NCBI GenBank assembly: GCA_028534125.1
Contig: CM052818.1
Location: forward strand, 41,108,001-41,172,000
Length of the DNA stretch: 64,000 bases
Reading direction: 5' to 3'
From: Lama glama
Lineage: Eukaryota
Below, piece after piece: positions 13,090 to 25,770 of the stretch (its first letter is position 1; each line of letters opens with the position of its first letter). The notes under the pieces were generated by a model, which worked only from the letters and a program-made list of their open reading frames with translations, was not told the DNA's origin and made no database searches. Made by a program: the position numbers and the translations under genes.

Positions 13090-14714
13090 TTAGTCTCAGG
13101 GGTATTTTGTTTATAGCATGTTGGTTAAGTTATAAATATTCTAACTTTTCATCACAAAATATAGACTACATCTAGAAAGCTGCATTTGGAGGGTGATAGA
13201 CTTTTCTTCGTGTCAATGTAAATTATTTAATTATGATAGAGACAGGATTTGTCCTATTTTTATGAACCCATTACTTTTTTGTTTAAGTACTTGGATTTTT
13301 TTTTGGTTTATAATCATATTTTTTTATTAAATTTACTTGATGTTATTTTTTGGAGTATTTCTTCCTTTAATATCACAGTGAAATCCTTTTTCTTTAAGCT
13401 CTATAACTGCTATTTATATCCCTAATGGAATACTAGACCTTGGAGGCTTCTAGAGTTTCTCTTACAGCCACCATCTACTATTAAAAGACTGAATTGTTGG
13501 TCTCATAGGATAGAAGAACATTTAGCCTTGTTGTGTGTTATAGTTTAGTATCCATCTCATAAAAACTGCTGAAAATCAATCTTCAATTTGCAGATACCTT
13601 GGATTTGAGGCATTGGCTTGTGTATCATTTTGGGCAATTCTCTTTTATACAGTAATGGTAAATCAATATCAGTTGTGTTATTTTTCTATTTCTTTAAAAA
13701 TATTACAGTATAAAAGTTGGTTGTCAGGAGTCGAGGTTTAGTCCTGAATTTGTCTTTAGCTCACTTTAATAACTTGACTTCTGTGTATCTTTGTATCTTC
13801 ATCTATAAAATGAAGAAGAGGAAGGGCAGACTAGAACATCTCAAAGATTCCTTTTCTCTTTTGCACTTTGATACTACACATGGTATATTTTGGACAATAG
13901 TTGACAGACTCAGGCTGCTATGATGATGATGGATTGGCTGAGATTAGAAAAGAGGACGAATTAGAGGAAATGCCTCAGATCAAATGGGAGCTGGGGAATT
14001 AAACTGTTTATAAAGGAAAGTCCTACTAGAGACAACTCAGAGGTTCTACACATGGGCTGGAGTGGCTTGGAAAAATTAAACAAAGTATAGTAATATGGCA
14101 CCAACAGGACTGGGGTGGTGGGGAAGTGGGGGCAAATTCCCAGAAGGAGCAGTGCAGAGAAAAATCAGTTAGTGGGTCATACTCAGGGCCGGGTGGTACA
14201 GAAGTATGGCTCTGGATGAGTGAACACAGAAGGAGGAAGAGCAACAGAAGGAGGAAGAGCAGCATGAGATAGAAGACAGGAAATACTGCAACTGGGAATC
14301 TGTACAGCTGTCTGGAGTTCATCCCTGTCCTACAGCCTTAGGGTCTCCTGGCAGAAAAATATTAATTCTAAGCTCTATCAATTTTAGGTGTCATTGTGTC
14401 TAAAAGCAAGCATGTCTTCTTAGGGATTATGATGAAAAGAGGGAGAAAGCGATCAGAATTGCCATCCCTTAGCTGCCTCTCTTTCTGCAGGAACTTTAAT
14501 TTTTTTTTTCTTATTTCTACAGGCAGAGAGAATCAGAGAAATGATGGAGGAGGTGGAGAAGTTCTTGTGGAAGGAAATTTTTGAAACTGAAAGCATCTGT
14601 TTTAGCTGGAATGGGAAAGATGTTTCCTTGGTTACAGATCTTTCTATGTGGTAGAATTATGGGAAAACACTTTAAGGAAAATTACTTGATTACTGGGAGG
14701 TATCAGAGTTTCTC

Positions 14715-15640
14715 AACAAATATTTCATTGAATAGAAATGGATTGAGCACATGCTATGTGCAAAGCTTTGAACTGAGTGTTCTGGGGGATATGAAAAATT
14801 ATACTATACTCCGTTGTTCCCGTCTCTGAGGAGTTCATACTAGTGATGGAGAGACAAAGCACACAGAGCAGTGATTAAATGATAAAGTGAGACTTAAATA
14901 TCCGTACAGAAAGCTGTGGTATCTGGAGGGATTCCCTCTCCTCCCCTCCAAGTTCTGGACCAGTTGAGAAGCAAATCAAGTAGAATGCATATAAGGCAAT
15001 AAATTACATTTCTTTCCAGTAGGTAAAGGCCGACTGAAGTGATACAGTTTAGCATAGGTTCCAGTAGGAATTCCTGACACTGAAGTCCAGAATTAGACTT
15101 ATACTCTTAGTCGCACAGTGCCTCTTTCCCCAGGGAATGGAAAGGAACCACTCTTTATAAAGAGTTTATTTCCAAGAAGAAAAGAGAGGAACTGAGTCTA
15201 TAATTATGAGTTTATTCTTTGTTACTTTCCCCTGAGAAGTGAATGAGGGGTAGAGAGATGTCAATAATTAAGCTCCTTTTTTGAAAGATTCACCCTGAGT
15301 AGGGAAGAAGTATTTCCCTTAACAAGGGATAACAGAATTGGAAGTAAAGGAAGTACATGCAAAGTGTTGAAGAAAGGTCCAGGCTTCAGGTGCTACAGAT
15401 AGAAAGGATTTTTGGGCCAGTGAGCTGGGAGGGTTTTACGGAAGAGAAAAGATTTGAGCTGAATTTTCAGTGATGATAACTTTTAATCTGCATGGAGAAA
15501 AGCCTGATGGTGAGAGTGGTGGGGATGATGTGGGCAAAGTAATGAGAAAACAAGATGGATGTGAACATCAGAGTGAGATGATGGCAGTGAAAATTGAAAG
15601 AAAGTGTAGAGGTAGGAAATGTTAATAAGGAGAGGCTATT
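14715..15640. mobile_element. L2 LINE fragments
   Basis: 'ttgagcacatgctatgtgcaaagc...ctctgaggagttcatactagtgatggagagaca' and purine-rich L2-like blocks, interrupted by unique sequence. Confidence 0.55.
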
Positions 15641-15714
15641 GCCTTTCTCCCTTGAGAAAATGCAGGGGAGGAGAAAAGAAAGAGCATGAGCCTAAGGGTG
15701 GGGGTTTGTGTTCT

Positions 15715-15815
15715 CTTCTCCTTTGGTGACCTTAGTGTATCACCTAACCTCTCTAGGTTTGTCTCAGTTTCCTCATCTGAAAAATGAGGGAGTTTGGATA
15801 GCTAGATTTCTCTGG
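15715..15815. mobile_element. MIR SINE fragment
   Basis: 'gtgaccttagtgtatcacctaacctctct...tctcagtttcctcatctgaaaaatgagggagttt'. Confidence 0.8.
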
Positions 15816-16635
15816 GCTTTGGTAAGTTAGGATGGCCTGCCCTTCTGGGAGGAGTTCTTAAGATTATCAAGTTAAACAAGAATATTAAAGGCCAAAACTG
15901 ATAAGTGGTATTATCTCTACACCCCTGAGAGATACAGAGTTAGGGAAGGTTTTCAGTAGTCAGCAGAGGTCTCTGAGAATGAGACTGTGTTGTTTCCCTG
16001 GGAGCTGGTGACATGTATGGTGGGGAATTATCCCCAAAGCACATTATGTAGTCTGATTCCGGAGGGCAAGGACACTCAGTTCAATGCCCAGATCCAGGTA
16101 AGGAGCACCCATTGTAGAGCCTGACTCATACCTGAAAAGTCGTGGCTGAAAGACAGGAGGGAGACCAGTAGAAATCAACCTTATTTTATTTGCTCCCCTC
16201 TCCCAGGACATCCCACTCTAATTCAGATTTGTCAGGGATGAAGGACAGAATTTTCTCTTGTATATTTGTGTTAGGCATTGAAAATATCCTTTGGATCTCT
16301 TGCTCTTTCCAAATTCATAAGTGTACTAAAATTTCACACATTTAAGGTGAGCTTCAATATCCTCACTGTATTCTTCTGAACCACTAGCACTTTTTTCCAC
16401 AATGGCAAAACTTTGCTAATTTTTTTCAAGTATATGTGAAAGAATAAAGAAGGACTTTGACTTGTTATCAAGCTGAAAATTTTATTTGTGCATGTAATTA
16501 CCAAAACTATAGTGCAATTTGTTTATCTGTTATGTTTTCTCCTAATTCTTTGTCCTGTTTTTACCAAAATTCAGGTTCAAGAGTGGCCCATACTAACAGA
16601 ATTACAGTGTCAATTACTTACTGGAGTCTTTAAAA

Positions 16636-17333
16636 ATTTATTAAATTTTAATTAATTTATTTATTATTGAAATATGATTGTTATATAATATTATATAAAT
16701 TACAAATATATAATACAGCAATTCACAATTTTTAAACGATACTCTGGTTATAGTTGCAAAATATTGGCTGTATTCCCCATGTTGTGCAATATATCCTTCT
16801 AGCTTTTTTTATACCTAACAATTTATACCTCTTAATCCCCTACCCCTATGTTGCCCCTCCTCCCTTTTCTCTCCCCACTGGTAACCACTATTTTGTTCTC
16901 TATATCTGTGAGTCTGTTGTATTTTTCAGATTCCACATATAAGTGATATCATACAGTATTTGTCTTTCTCTGTCTGACTTATTTCACTTAGTATAATACG
17001 CTCCAAGTCCATCCATGTTGCTGCAAATGGCAAAATTTCATTCTTTTACATGGCTGAGTACTATTTCATCGTGTATATATACCACATCTTTACTCATTCA
17101 TCTGTAGATGGGCACTTAAGTTGCTTCCATATCTTGGCTATTACAAATAATGTTGCTATGAACATTGAGGTGCATGTATCTTTTTGAATTAGTGTTTTTG
17201 GGATTTTTGGATATATATCCAGGAGTGGAATTGCTGGGTCATGTGGTAGTTCTCTTCTTGGTTTTTTGAGAAACCTCCTTACTGTTTTCCACAGTGGCTG
17301 CAACAACTTACATTCCCACCAGTATTGTACAAA
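16636..17333 (-). mobile_element. 5'-truncated L1 (3'UTR plus ORF2 C-terminus)
   Basis: ORF 17094-17342(-) reads '[20 protein letters not shown]...[13 protein letters not shown]...CTSMFIATLFVIAKIWKQLKCPSTDE', the L1 ORF2 C-terminus. Same 3'UTR type as 2389-3612. Confidence 0.95.
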
Positions 17334-17659
17334 GTGAATCATTAGCCTTTTATTACTTTTAGTGCATATCAGTGAGATTTAGTATACAGTTAAAGAAAGT
17401 GCCTTTTATCTAAGATTAAAAAATGAATATATATTCCAAATGGGTCTCATCCTAAAGAAGGGGAAAATGGGACTATGTGAGGGGAAACCAATACACAAAA
17501 GAGTTATTTTCAAACATGATAAAATTAATCATGTGCATATAGTCCATAGCATTTTTAATATGCATTGATGTCTAATTTAGCTCAATAGTAAACAAATGAT
17601 AATACCTTATTAATCTACAGTTCTGAGCACTCTGATAGAGCTGCTGTCACTGAATTTGT

Positions 17660-17900
17660 AGTTCATTTTTTCATTTGTTCATTGTGATTTCATTTTCTAA
17701 ATATTTAGATGTATTTAGTGAACACCATTAAGTACCTGTTAGGTGTTGAGGGTTCAAGGGTGAGCAAAACAGTTGGAATATCTGCCTTTCTGGAGTAGAT
17801 TTAAGATAGAGTAGAGATTGGGGGAGACAAATGTGAGCGATTTCTATAAATACATAATTACAAACCATGAGACTTGCTATAAAGGCAAAGTACAGGTGCT
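17660..17900. mobile_element. L2 LINE 3' fragment
   Basis: 'ttcattttttcatttgttcatt...tatttagtgaacacc...ttaggtgttgagg...tctgcctttctggag'. Confidence 0.6.
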
Positions 17901-20329
17901 TCAGAAATTTCTAGTCAAGCCAACAATGGATTTTCAAGGGCTGGAAATGCAGATACCTGTGTAATCCGTGTTCCAAACTCCACTGTGCCAGAGCACAACT
18001 CAATCCCTGATTCCTCTTCTAGAGCATCTTGCCTACCTCTTCCTCTCCCGCCTGGTGAACTCCTGTCATCCTTGTAGTTCCAGCCAAAATGTCAGTGTCT
18101 TGGTAGGTGTTACATCATGGCCCTATTGAGCCTGGAGTAAAGATACCCCACCCCCTGGTTTATTTCTAACTCTTCCTTTAATAAGTGGGTTACTTTACTT
18201 TAGGCCATGGCCTGGCTTTGTGCTGACCTCTTATGCTGCTCCCTTTCACACAGGTATCTTTGTAGCCCATCTCCAGCTCACCTAAAAGCTGTATCAGGTT
18301 ATTTATGTCTACATTAAAAATGAGGGATGTGAGTGCCTTGAGCCACTTACTCTGGAATTAGATGTCTCAGAGTTTTACTCCCTGGCACTTAGGTTCTGCT
18401 CTGAGTTTTCACCAAGGACTTGGGGATGTGGGGCTGGCCTATTATGCACGAGAGCTTCTGCACACCCTAAACTGTCATTTTAGTTTTGGTTTACAATGAA
18501 CTCTTATTCTGACCTCCTGTACTGAAACTGGGTTTATAATGATAATATGTGCCCCAAAAATGCTTACAAACCAGAGGGGTAAAAAAGAAAGAAAAAGGAA
18601 AAGAAATTAAATGCCAAGAAATTACTTTAGGAGAAAAATAAATCACATTCCAAGAAAAGCTGATAATTAGCTAGGAGCTATATTGTTCTCAGGAGCAGGG
18701 CCTTCAGTTACCTCATCATGGGAAGAGGAGGCCACAATCCCAACACCCAAAGCCCTGGTGGGGAGTTCCCAGACGTGGACAGGTTCTAGCTTGCAGACCA
18801 GGGCTGGAGTCCCTTTCGTGTGGTTTAGAGGCTAATGCCCTGTGCTGAGGGAGCAGGCTTGACGTGATCATCCTTCCTAGGGTATGGGATGGGGCCGGGG
18901 CATGGAAGAATGGATCACTCAGAACCTTGACTGACAAGTGAGGACATTCTTCTGTGAAAACCAGTTTTATTCTGGGGGGAGGAGACAGTTACTAAGGTAT
19001 CTTAAAGCAGGATATGACTTGGAATGTGGAGTGGGACAAAGGGAGGGATGGGTTTTTAGAGGCAATTTATAAACTGACCTCCGGCAGCTAAGCTCCAGCT
19101 CTGCTTTCCTGGGGTTTATTTTTCCTGAGGTTTCAGATACAGCTCAGCCACATGGAATATGTGGTTTCAGTTCTCCTGTGAGGGAGTAACTAAATGATCA
19201 AGGTTCCATCTGACAGCTGGCTTGGAAACCTGTAGAACTGGCCTGGAAACTTCTCAGCAAGCCTTGCCTTTTTGTCTTTTGCTGAACCCCTCCTCTCTCT
19301 CCCTACCTCTTCTTCTTTCTCCCCTCCTCTCTCCACTCCCCTTTCATCTCTGTGTCTCTGTCTGTCTCTGTCTCTGATTACCATGGTTGGTGCTGCATCA
19401 CTAAGAGCCCAGGCCGAGAGCATTACGTCTCTGTCACAGCATTCTCAGCACCAGCTCCTTCCTCAGGCTCTTAGTGCTGCCTCCCACACCACTAAGAGCT
19501 GAGCCATCCTTTCCTAGGGGGCAAGCAGGCTGAGGGCTGCATTACAGTGGGACCATTTAAAGAACCTGAGAGTACTGTGAGTTCATTCATTCCCCAGCCA
19601 TCACATGGGTGTGCCATGCAAGGGCCTTTTGGATTTTAGGGAGCTCTGTGCACTGATGAAGAACTAGGGGCTCTCTCTATGCTGAAACAGAAATTACTTA
19701 CTGCTCAGAAATTAACAATAAGGAGAGTGCAACATAGTCAAACAAAGAATAAGACCAGGGTTATATACAGAGAAAGTCAATTGAATTTATTACATTTATT
19801 AGTAAAGAAAAAATACTTAGAAAGTAGTCTTCAACTTCAAAGATTGCAAAAGACTCATAAGAAAATTACAAGTGATAAACACTTGGATGCTAAAATTAAG
19901 AAGCTGTTAAGTGGTAAAACCAAATTGTAGGTCTTTGTCCCTAGACACCATGTTTCAGCCAACTCATCCTTCTGTCTCTCTTTAGAAATGGTTGGATGTT
20001 CACGTAAACACTTTGATCCAACTGGACTAAATATAAAAAAAAAATCTCTGTTTTCCATCTTTGTAGAGAGTAGCATGGTCCAGGCTGACCCTCTGATGTT
20101 ACTAAATGGAGGAACTTATGGAAGATTAGAAGCTGTGATTGTCATAGTGTTGGAATGACCATTTACTATCATGTCTGCCTTATAAACACTTCTGTGACTC
20201 CTGGGAGAGAGTGGCCAACTTGGCCTTGTGTCAGAGGAATATTTTCTTGTTTATTAATTTTCTTCATGAATGTTGTTTATCTAGGAAATTGGTATTCGAA
20301 AAATTGCTCCTGGCTAGACTGGCATATGC

Positions 20330-20680
20330 CTCTTGGGAAGAGAGTCCCTACTCTTTGCCAGGCCCTATTCTCTAGGGAGTGACAGCGCAAAGAGATGAAA
20401 TGGAAGTGTTCTCTGCCCTCAAGCCCAGAAGGGAGGGAGATATGAACAGAAGACTGTACCACAAGGTGCAAAGACATGAGTGCTGAGTGGAAGTTCATCA
20501 GGGTTTTGAGAGATGAAAGCAATCAAGCCTGACTGGGAAATAAGGAATGACTCAAAAGGAAGTTGGCATCTTAAGTGGCTCTTCACAGGTGAGAAAGATT
20601 GGGTTAGGCAGGTAAGTGAGTAAGTCAGCAGCCTGTGCAAAGGCTCTGGGTGTGAACACAGAGGCCGTGCAGTGGGAAAG
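20330..20680. mobile_element. L2 LINE fragment
   Basis: 'cctactctttgccaggccctattctctagg...ctctgccctcaag...agcagcctgtgcaaaggctctgg'. Confidence 0.7.
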
Positions 20681-21609
20681 GCAAGCACATTTGTGTTTCT
20701 ATCTTCAACGGTCCGGGCCATAAATGGAGAGAGGTTCTGGTTTAGATTTCACTTTCTAGCACGAACTTTCAGCCTCTCCTGAGTGAGGCCCCTTGGAAGT
20801 GGATTCTCTGTTTGCTACATCAGCTTATACATCGAGGTCAACAGCATCCTGGCTGGTCATTAGGGACATCTCGTGGTCCCTCTTTTCCATTAGGGCAGCT
20901 TTAAGTCATGTTGCTGAAAAATTACATCCCACTCCCAATCTCCACTTATAGCTGTTCCCTGGGACCAGGTAGATGAACTTTCTCCAGGTTATCAAAATAA
21001 AATTTAATCCCCTGGCATAGAACCATGCGTTACAAGATAACGCAATAATCAGGTATGTGTGGTGGGGGTGAGGGAGAAGGTTCCTTTCCCATCAGAGTTT
21101 TTCAGACATTCTTCTGCTAAAACTCATATAAGGCACTTAGTTCAACTTGGATTGTCTGGTTGCCTACCAGGCTCTGCAGAAGCCAATGGTTGCTGACAAA
21201 TGATTCAGGTGCAGTTCTGTGAAATGGGCATTATGATTCCCTGAAGCGTTATGGCCCTGTTTGGTCAGCATGTGTGATGGCCACAGCTGGTGTGCTGGCC
21301 AGCTTATTTGGGCCTTTGTTGATGGACAGCCGTTATGCCCCTCTGGTTCATCTGAGGTGGAAACGCCTTAGAAAGAAGTTTCCCATTGGTTGGCTGAATA
21401 TTCAGGCAATTTGTGTGAAATACAGGAGTTCAATTATGATAGAAATATCTGCTTATCCAGGCTACTTGATTCAGGAAAGACAGCCTGGATTCCTACAAGG
21501 TAGAACCTTGAATACTACAGTAGGCAAAGGAATTGGGAAGTTCATTATATCACAGGCCCTAGAGAATTTACACAAAGATATGTTACATAGTCAGGTTTAA
21601 CATTAGGAA

Positions 21610-21990
21610 TGTTCTTTCATTCAGGAAACATTCAGTGAGTTGCTACTATGTGCCATGCCCTGTGGTAGGTGTGGAGAATACCAAGGAAATCTTTTCCTGC
21701 CCGCAAGTTGTTCTCAGTCTAATTAGGAAGATAGACAAGTGAATCAGGTTTTCCACAATAGTGGGTTGGGTATAGTTCTAGATATAAGTAAAGCTAGGCT
21801 CTGTCTGAGCACAGAGGAGGAGACTCTAAGACAGACTGAGGGATCAGAGAAAGCTTCCTGGATGAGATAATAACTGATCTGGTCTTTGAAAGATAAGTGT
21901 GAGTTAGCTTTGGTGAGTTCAAGAGCGGAGATAAGTGACGAGTAAGCCACTGGAGCACAAAGGGTGTGGGAGCTCTTTGACATCGGTGTT
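21610..21990. mobile_element. L2 LINE fragment
   Basis: 'tcattcaggaaacattcagtgagttgctactatgtgccatgccctgtggtagg...tcagagaaagcttcctggatgag'. Confidence 0.75.
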
Positions 21991-24479
21991 AGGCTGAAGC
22001 TGGAGGCAAAGGTACCGCTTGGGAGGTGGCATTTGAATCAGTTCAGATGGGGAAGGTCAGCACTAGGGCAGATGTGGTAGAGTGGCCAGGAGAGGCCAGG
22101 AGAGGCCCTGTCAGCACCTTTATCTCAACCATGCATATTGTGTTTGTCTCTGATCTTACATTTTCTCTTTTTCTTTTTCTTTTTGTTCTATTGTCCTACC
22201 TCTCACTGTAGGCTAGCAGATGGATAATGTCTGGTGAAATTGCCACTTAGGTTACTGCTCTGGAACTTTCCCGAACAATTTGAAAAATTTTGTACATTCA
22301 TGTCATTTCTAGAAACAATTTCTCCCCCTAAAAATGTTACAGACTTTGGCTGTTTTTCTCCAGGTGGGATTTACATGTCCACACAGAGCTTCCTTCTCTA
22401 TCCTCAGTTTTGGGGTAGGTGAAGCCCGTTTCCAGTGTTTGTCAACCTTTTTTCCCCTGAGCTTCTTAGGATTCTGATGCTGTTTACTCCGGCTCCTCAG
22501 TCTCCAAGGGTCCTCATGCTTCATTTTCTGCCTGTTTTCTGTCTAATCTCAAATAAGCATCTAAAATATATGCACTCATATATGTATAGTACCACCAGCT
22601 TTCCCTTTCTGTTCTTACTCAGAAATTTGATGGGGACTTTTAAGGCATCAGGCTGTGGGTGGGAGATGAATCAGCCCCTGAATTAATTCCATGGAAACAG
22701 TTTCTTGATCAGCTTATGGATTTATTGACCAAGTGAGCCCTGCTGGGGGAAACATGGACCTTGGATAACTGCGACTACCCTCTTCTAGAACTTGATTTTC
22801 TCGTCTTTAAATGAGAGTATTGTGCTAGATTTGGCTCACACCTCTGTGACATTCTGTAATGTACACTGATTACTTGTTAGTCCCTCTAATGTATAGAACA
22901 GGAAATCCCAGGCAGTAACTTCTATCTTTCTTCTCAGATACATGCTTTTATTTGACCAATGATGTAGGCATGTGAACAGATGTACAGATAAGGAAAATGT
23001 GTATTAGTTACATAAGGCTTATTCTAACTTTGTGCATCAATGGAGTGAGCACAGGCTAGGTAGGGCCTCCCCAATGCCTGTCTATTGGTGAATAAAATCG
23101 CTTTAACAAGGAATAAAACTTTCACTTTAGAGAGAGACTGGAAAATAGCTGAGGTCAAGGAGATAGTCTTCAATGCCTGCACATGAAGTAACTCATACCT
23201 GATTAGGAGCCCCTTTAACAGGGAAGGCCAGCTGGGCAGTTTGCTGGAGCATGAGTATGTAAGGGACAGGGTGCTAAACATCACCAGAATAAAATGGCTA
23301 AATGTATTCCCACTCCCAATGACACTGAAAATACTATCCAGTGGAAATTTCCATCACTCTTTAAGTGGGAGAAGGAATAATAGCTCTATTGATCGTTTTG
23401 CAACATGGTACATGTATTCGTCCTTGGCACTCAGAGTCAGCTGAAATTTTGAAACCAAGTAGTGCAGGCCATGCTTCTGTGTATTGGGGATGAATGATTT
23501 ATTATGTTATGCCATAGGAGAGTAGGCAACTGTTCTGGTCTTTTTTTTTTTTTCCTTCCAGAAATTGACTCTCAGACATTAGAAATGGGTTAGTAATTAA
23601 ATATGTCTGTGTATATGGTCCTTATTAGTAAAAAGTTACTTGATGTCTTGCCCCCACTAAAAAATAGTGAACAAATGTTTAAGGGATATTGGTTTGAAGG
23701 GGCCCAATGTTCTCACATTTCTCAGTTTGTTTCTAACTTCTTGTGGCTGGTGAAGTGTAGTTAACAATAATAGAGCCATCCTGACTTGTCGTCCTCAACA
23801 GTAGAAACGCCCAGGTTCCTAGTCTTCCCAGTTCCCGCTTAGCATCCTGGTCTTAGCTGCTACCCCTCAGGTCAATATTTCATCTTGGCTTGACTCAGAT
23901 TTTCAGATCATTCCAAGAGTCAAAGAGAAGTCTTGTCTGCCAAACTAATTTGTCTTTAAAGGCTTACCTTAGTCTCCGTACTTTCCCTAAGCAGATGCTT
24001 TCCATGGCCAACTCGGCAAAAGGACCGTGGGGGAACAAAGGTGAATAACACCAAATCCCACCCCGCTAGGGCTACCTACATTTCTTCCCTAAAACAGTTA
24101 GATCTGCATGTTTTCATATGGCCATGAGGCCATTCTGCGTTAATATCCATTTCTGATACTGAATGGAAGACCTTCAGTATCAGACCCAGTCCCAGGTGCT
24201 TTAGGAGTTCTTAAGGGAAATGAGATGCTGCTTTTTTCTCAAATAAAAATTTAATTCCTTATTAATGCAATTCCAGGTATAATGGAGAGGGAGGATTGGG
24301 AAAGGCCGTGTATTTTGTGGAGTGTAGGAGGCCCTACGTAGCTCTGGTGAGTCCACATTCAAAGGGGCAGTGAAAACAACACAGAATCCAAAGAATGACG
24401 CCATAGACATTTAGAGGGGAGAAATCACGTTGCTTTGTAAAAAAATAATTAGCCAACAGTGAGGCTTCATCAAGCAAAT

Positions 24480-25770
24480 GTCACTTGAGCCACTTCAGGC
24501 ATTTATAAAAGTTGGCTGGAATTTTGACTGTTGGAGATGAGCAGGGAAGCCACAGCGGGTAGAGGAAGAGAAATGAGGTATGCGGCAGAAAGGTGCAGAG
24601 CCTGTTGGGAAATGTTGAACAGCCAAGTTTGGCCAAAACCATAGTCAGAGTAAGGGGATGGTTGGAGATAAGGCTAAAATTGTTAGTTTGTGCTTTGGCT
24701 CTGCAGAACTGGAAATTAATTTGGTAGCTAATGAGAGTCATTAAAGGCTTATGTGCAGAGAAGTGATAGGATTAGAATTCCACATTTATATTAATCCTGA
24801 AAGACTATATAAGATATATTGATAGAGTGGAGAAAGAAGGATGAAAGAGATTAGCTAGAAGGTTATTACAGTTGTTCATTTTATGTCAGAGGTAATAGAT
24901 GAGGCAATAAGAATGCAATTGCAAAGGAGGTGGTGGGGTTAGGGGCCATTACCCAAAATGGAATATTTGGGAGTTTTCACATGACTGTATGAGATGAGGT
25001 GGGGAATAGAGGATAATTCCAAGTAATTCAAACCTAGATAACTAGGGGTTGAGGGTCACAGTGTCATTTATGTAGTGTCACTTTGTGCCTGGAGACTTCC
25101 TTTCCCATCCTCCTCTGCTCATTAGTTGAACAGATTTTTCTCTCTTCAGCATTTTTATATATTTTGCTCATTATTCCATTTCAGCATTTATAACACTTTT
25201 TATCCTTTGCATTGTATTTTATTTAGTGGTAATTTTAATAGCAAATTTCCATGAGGGCACCCCTAGATTGCTAACAAGCTACTTTACATGTAGTAGGCTT
25301 GCTACCAGCATTTATTTTTGCCAGAAGAAAATTATTTTAAGATGGTGGAAAAGTTGAGGAGAGAGTTCAGTTCAATACTTTGTTTACTGAGTATCAATTA
25401 TTGTGTTAGATGTAGATTCAGAGATGGCTGTAACGTGGCCACTCCCTCAAGGATCAGTGGGAGCCATAGACATACAAATAAATAATTGCAATACTTAGGG
25501 AAGAAATTGTAAAAGAGAAGAGTACGAGGTGCTGTGGGAACACAGAGAGGGGAGACACAATTCCTCCTGGAGAGAAGGGAGCCAACTCAAGGAAAGCTTC
25601 TTGGAAGAGTCAGTAACATTGGATGCAGGGTAGTGTTAAGAGACGCTTTATAGTGGAGAAGGGATAAAGAATATAAGCGATATTTTTGTTGTTCTTTGGG
25701 AGAAGGATACAAAGTAAAGGAAGAAACTGCAAATGAGAGAGGGAGGCAAGGTCACAGGTATTATGATATT
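24480..25770. mobile_element. Cluster of L2 fragments
   Basis: 'aatgagagtcattaaaggcttatgtgcagagaagtga' and 'tttactgagtatc...ccctcaagga...ggaaagcttcttggaagag'. Confidence 0.6.

Noticed and set aside
17094..17342. 82-aa ORF with clear protein homology
   Set aside because: It is the C-terminal fragment of L1 ORF2 in a 5'-truncated copy, not a host gene.
19443..19462. REST/RE1 left half-site TCAGCACC (also at ~26958 and ~63871)
   Set aside because: No GGACAG right half at canonical spacing.
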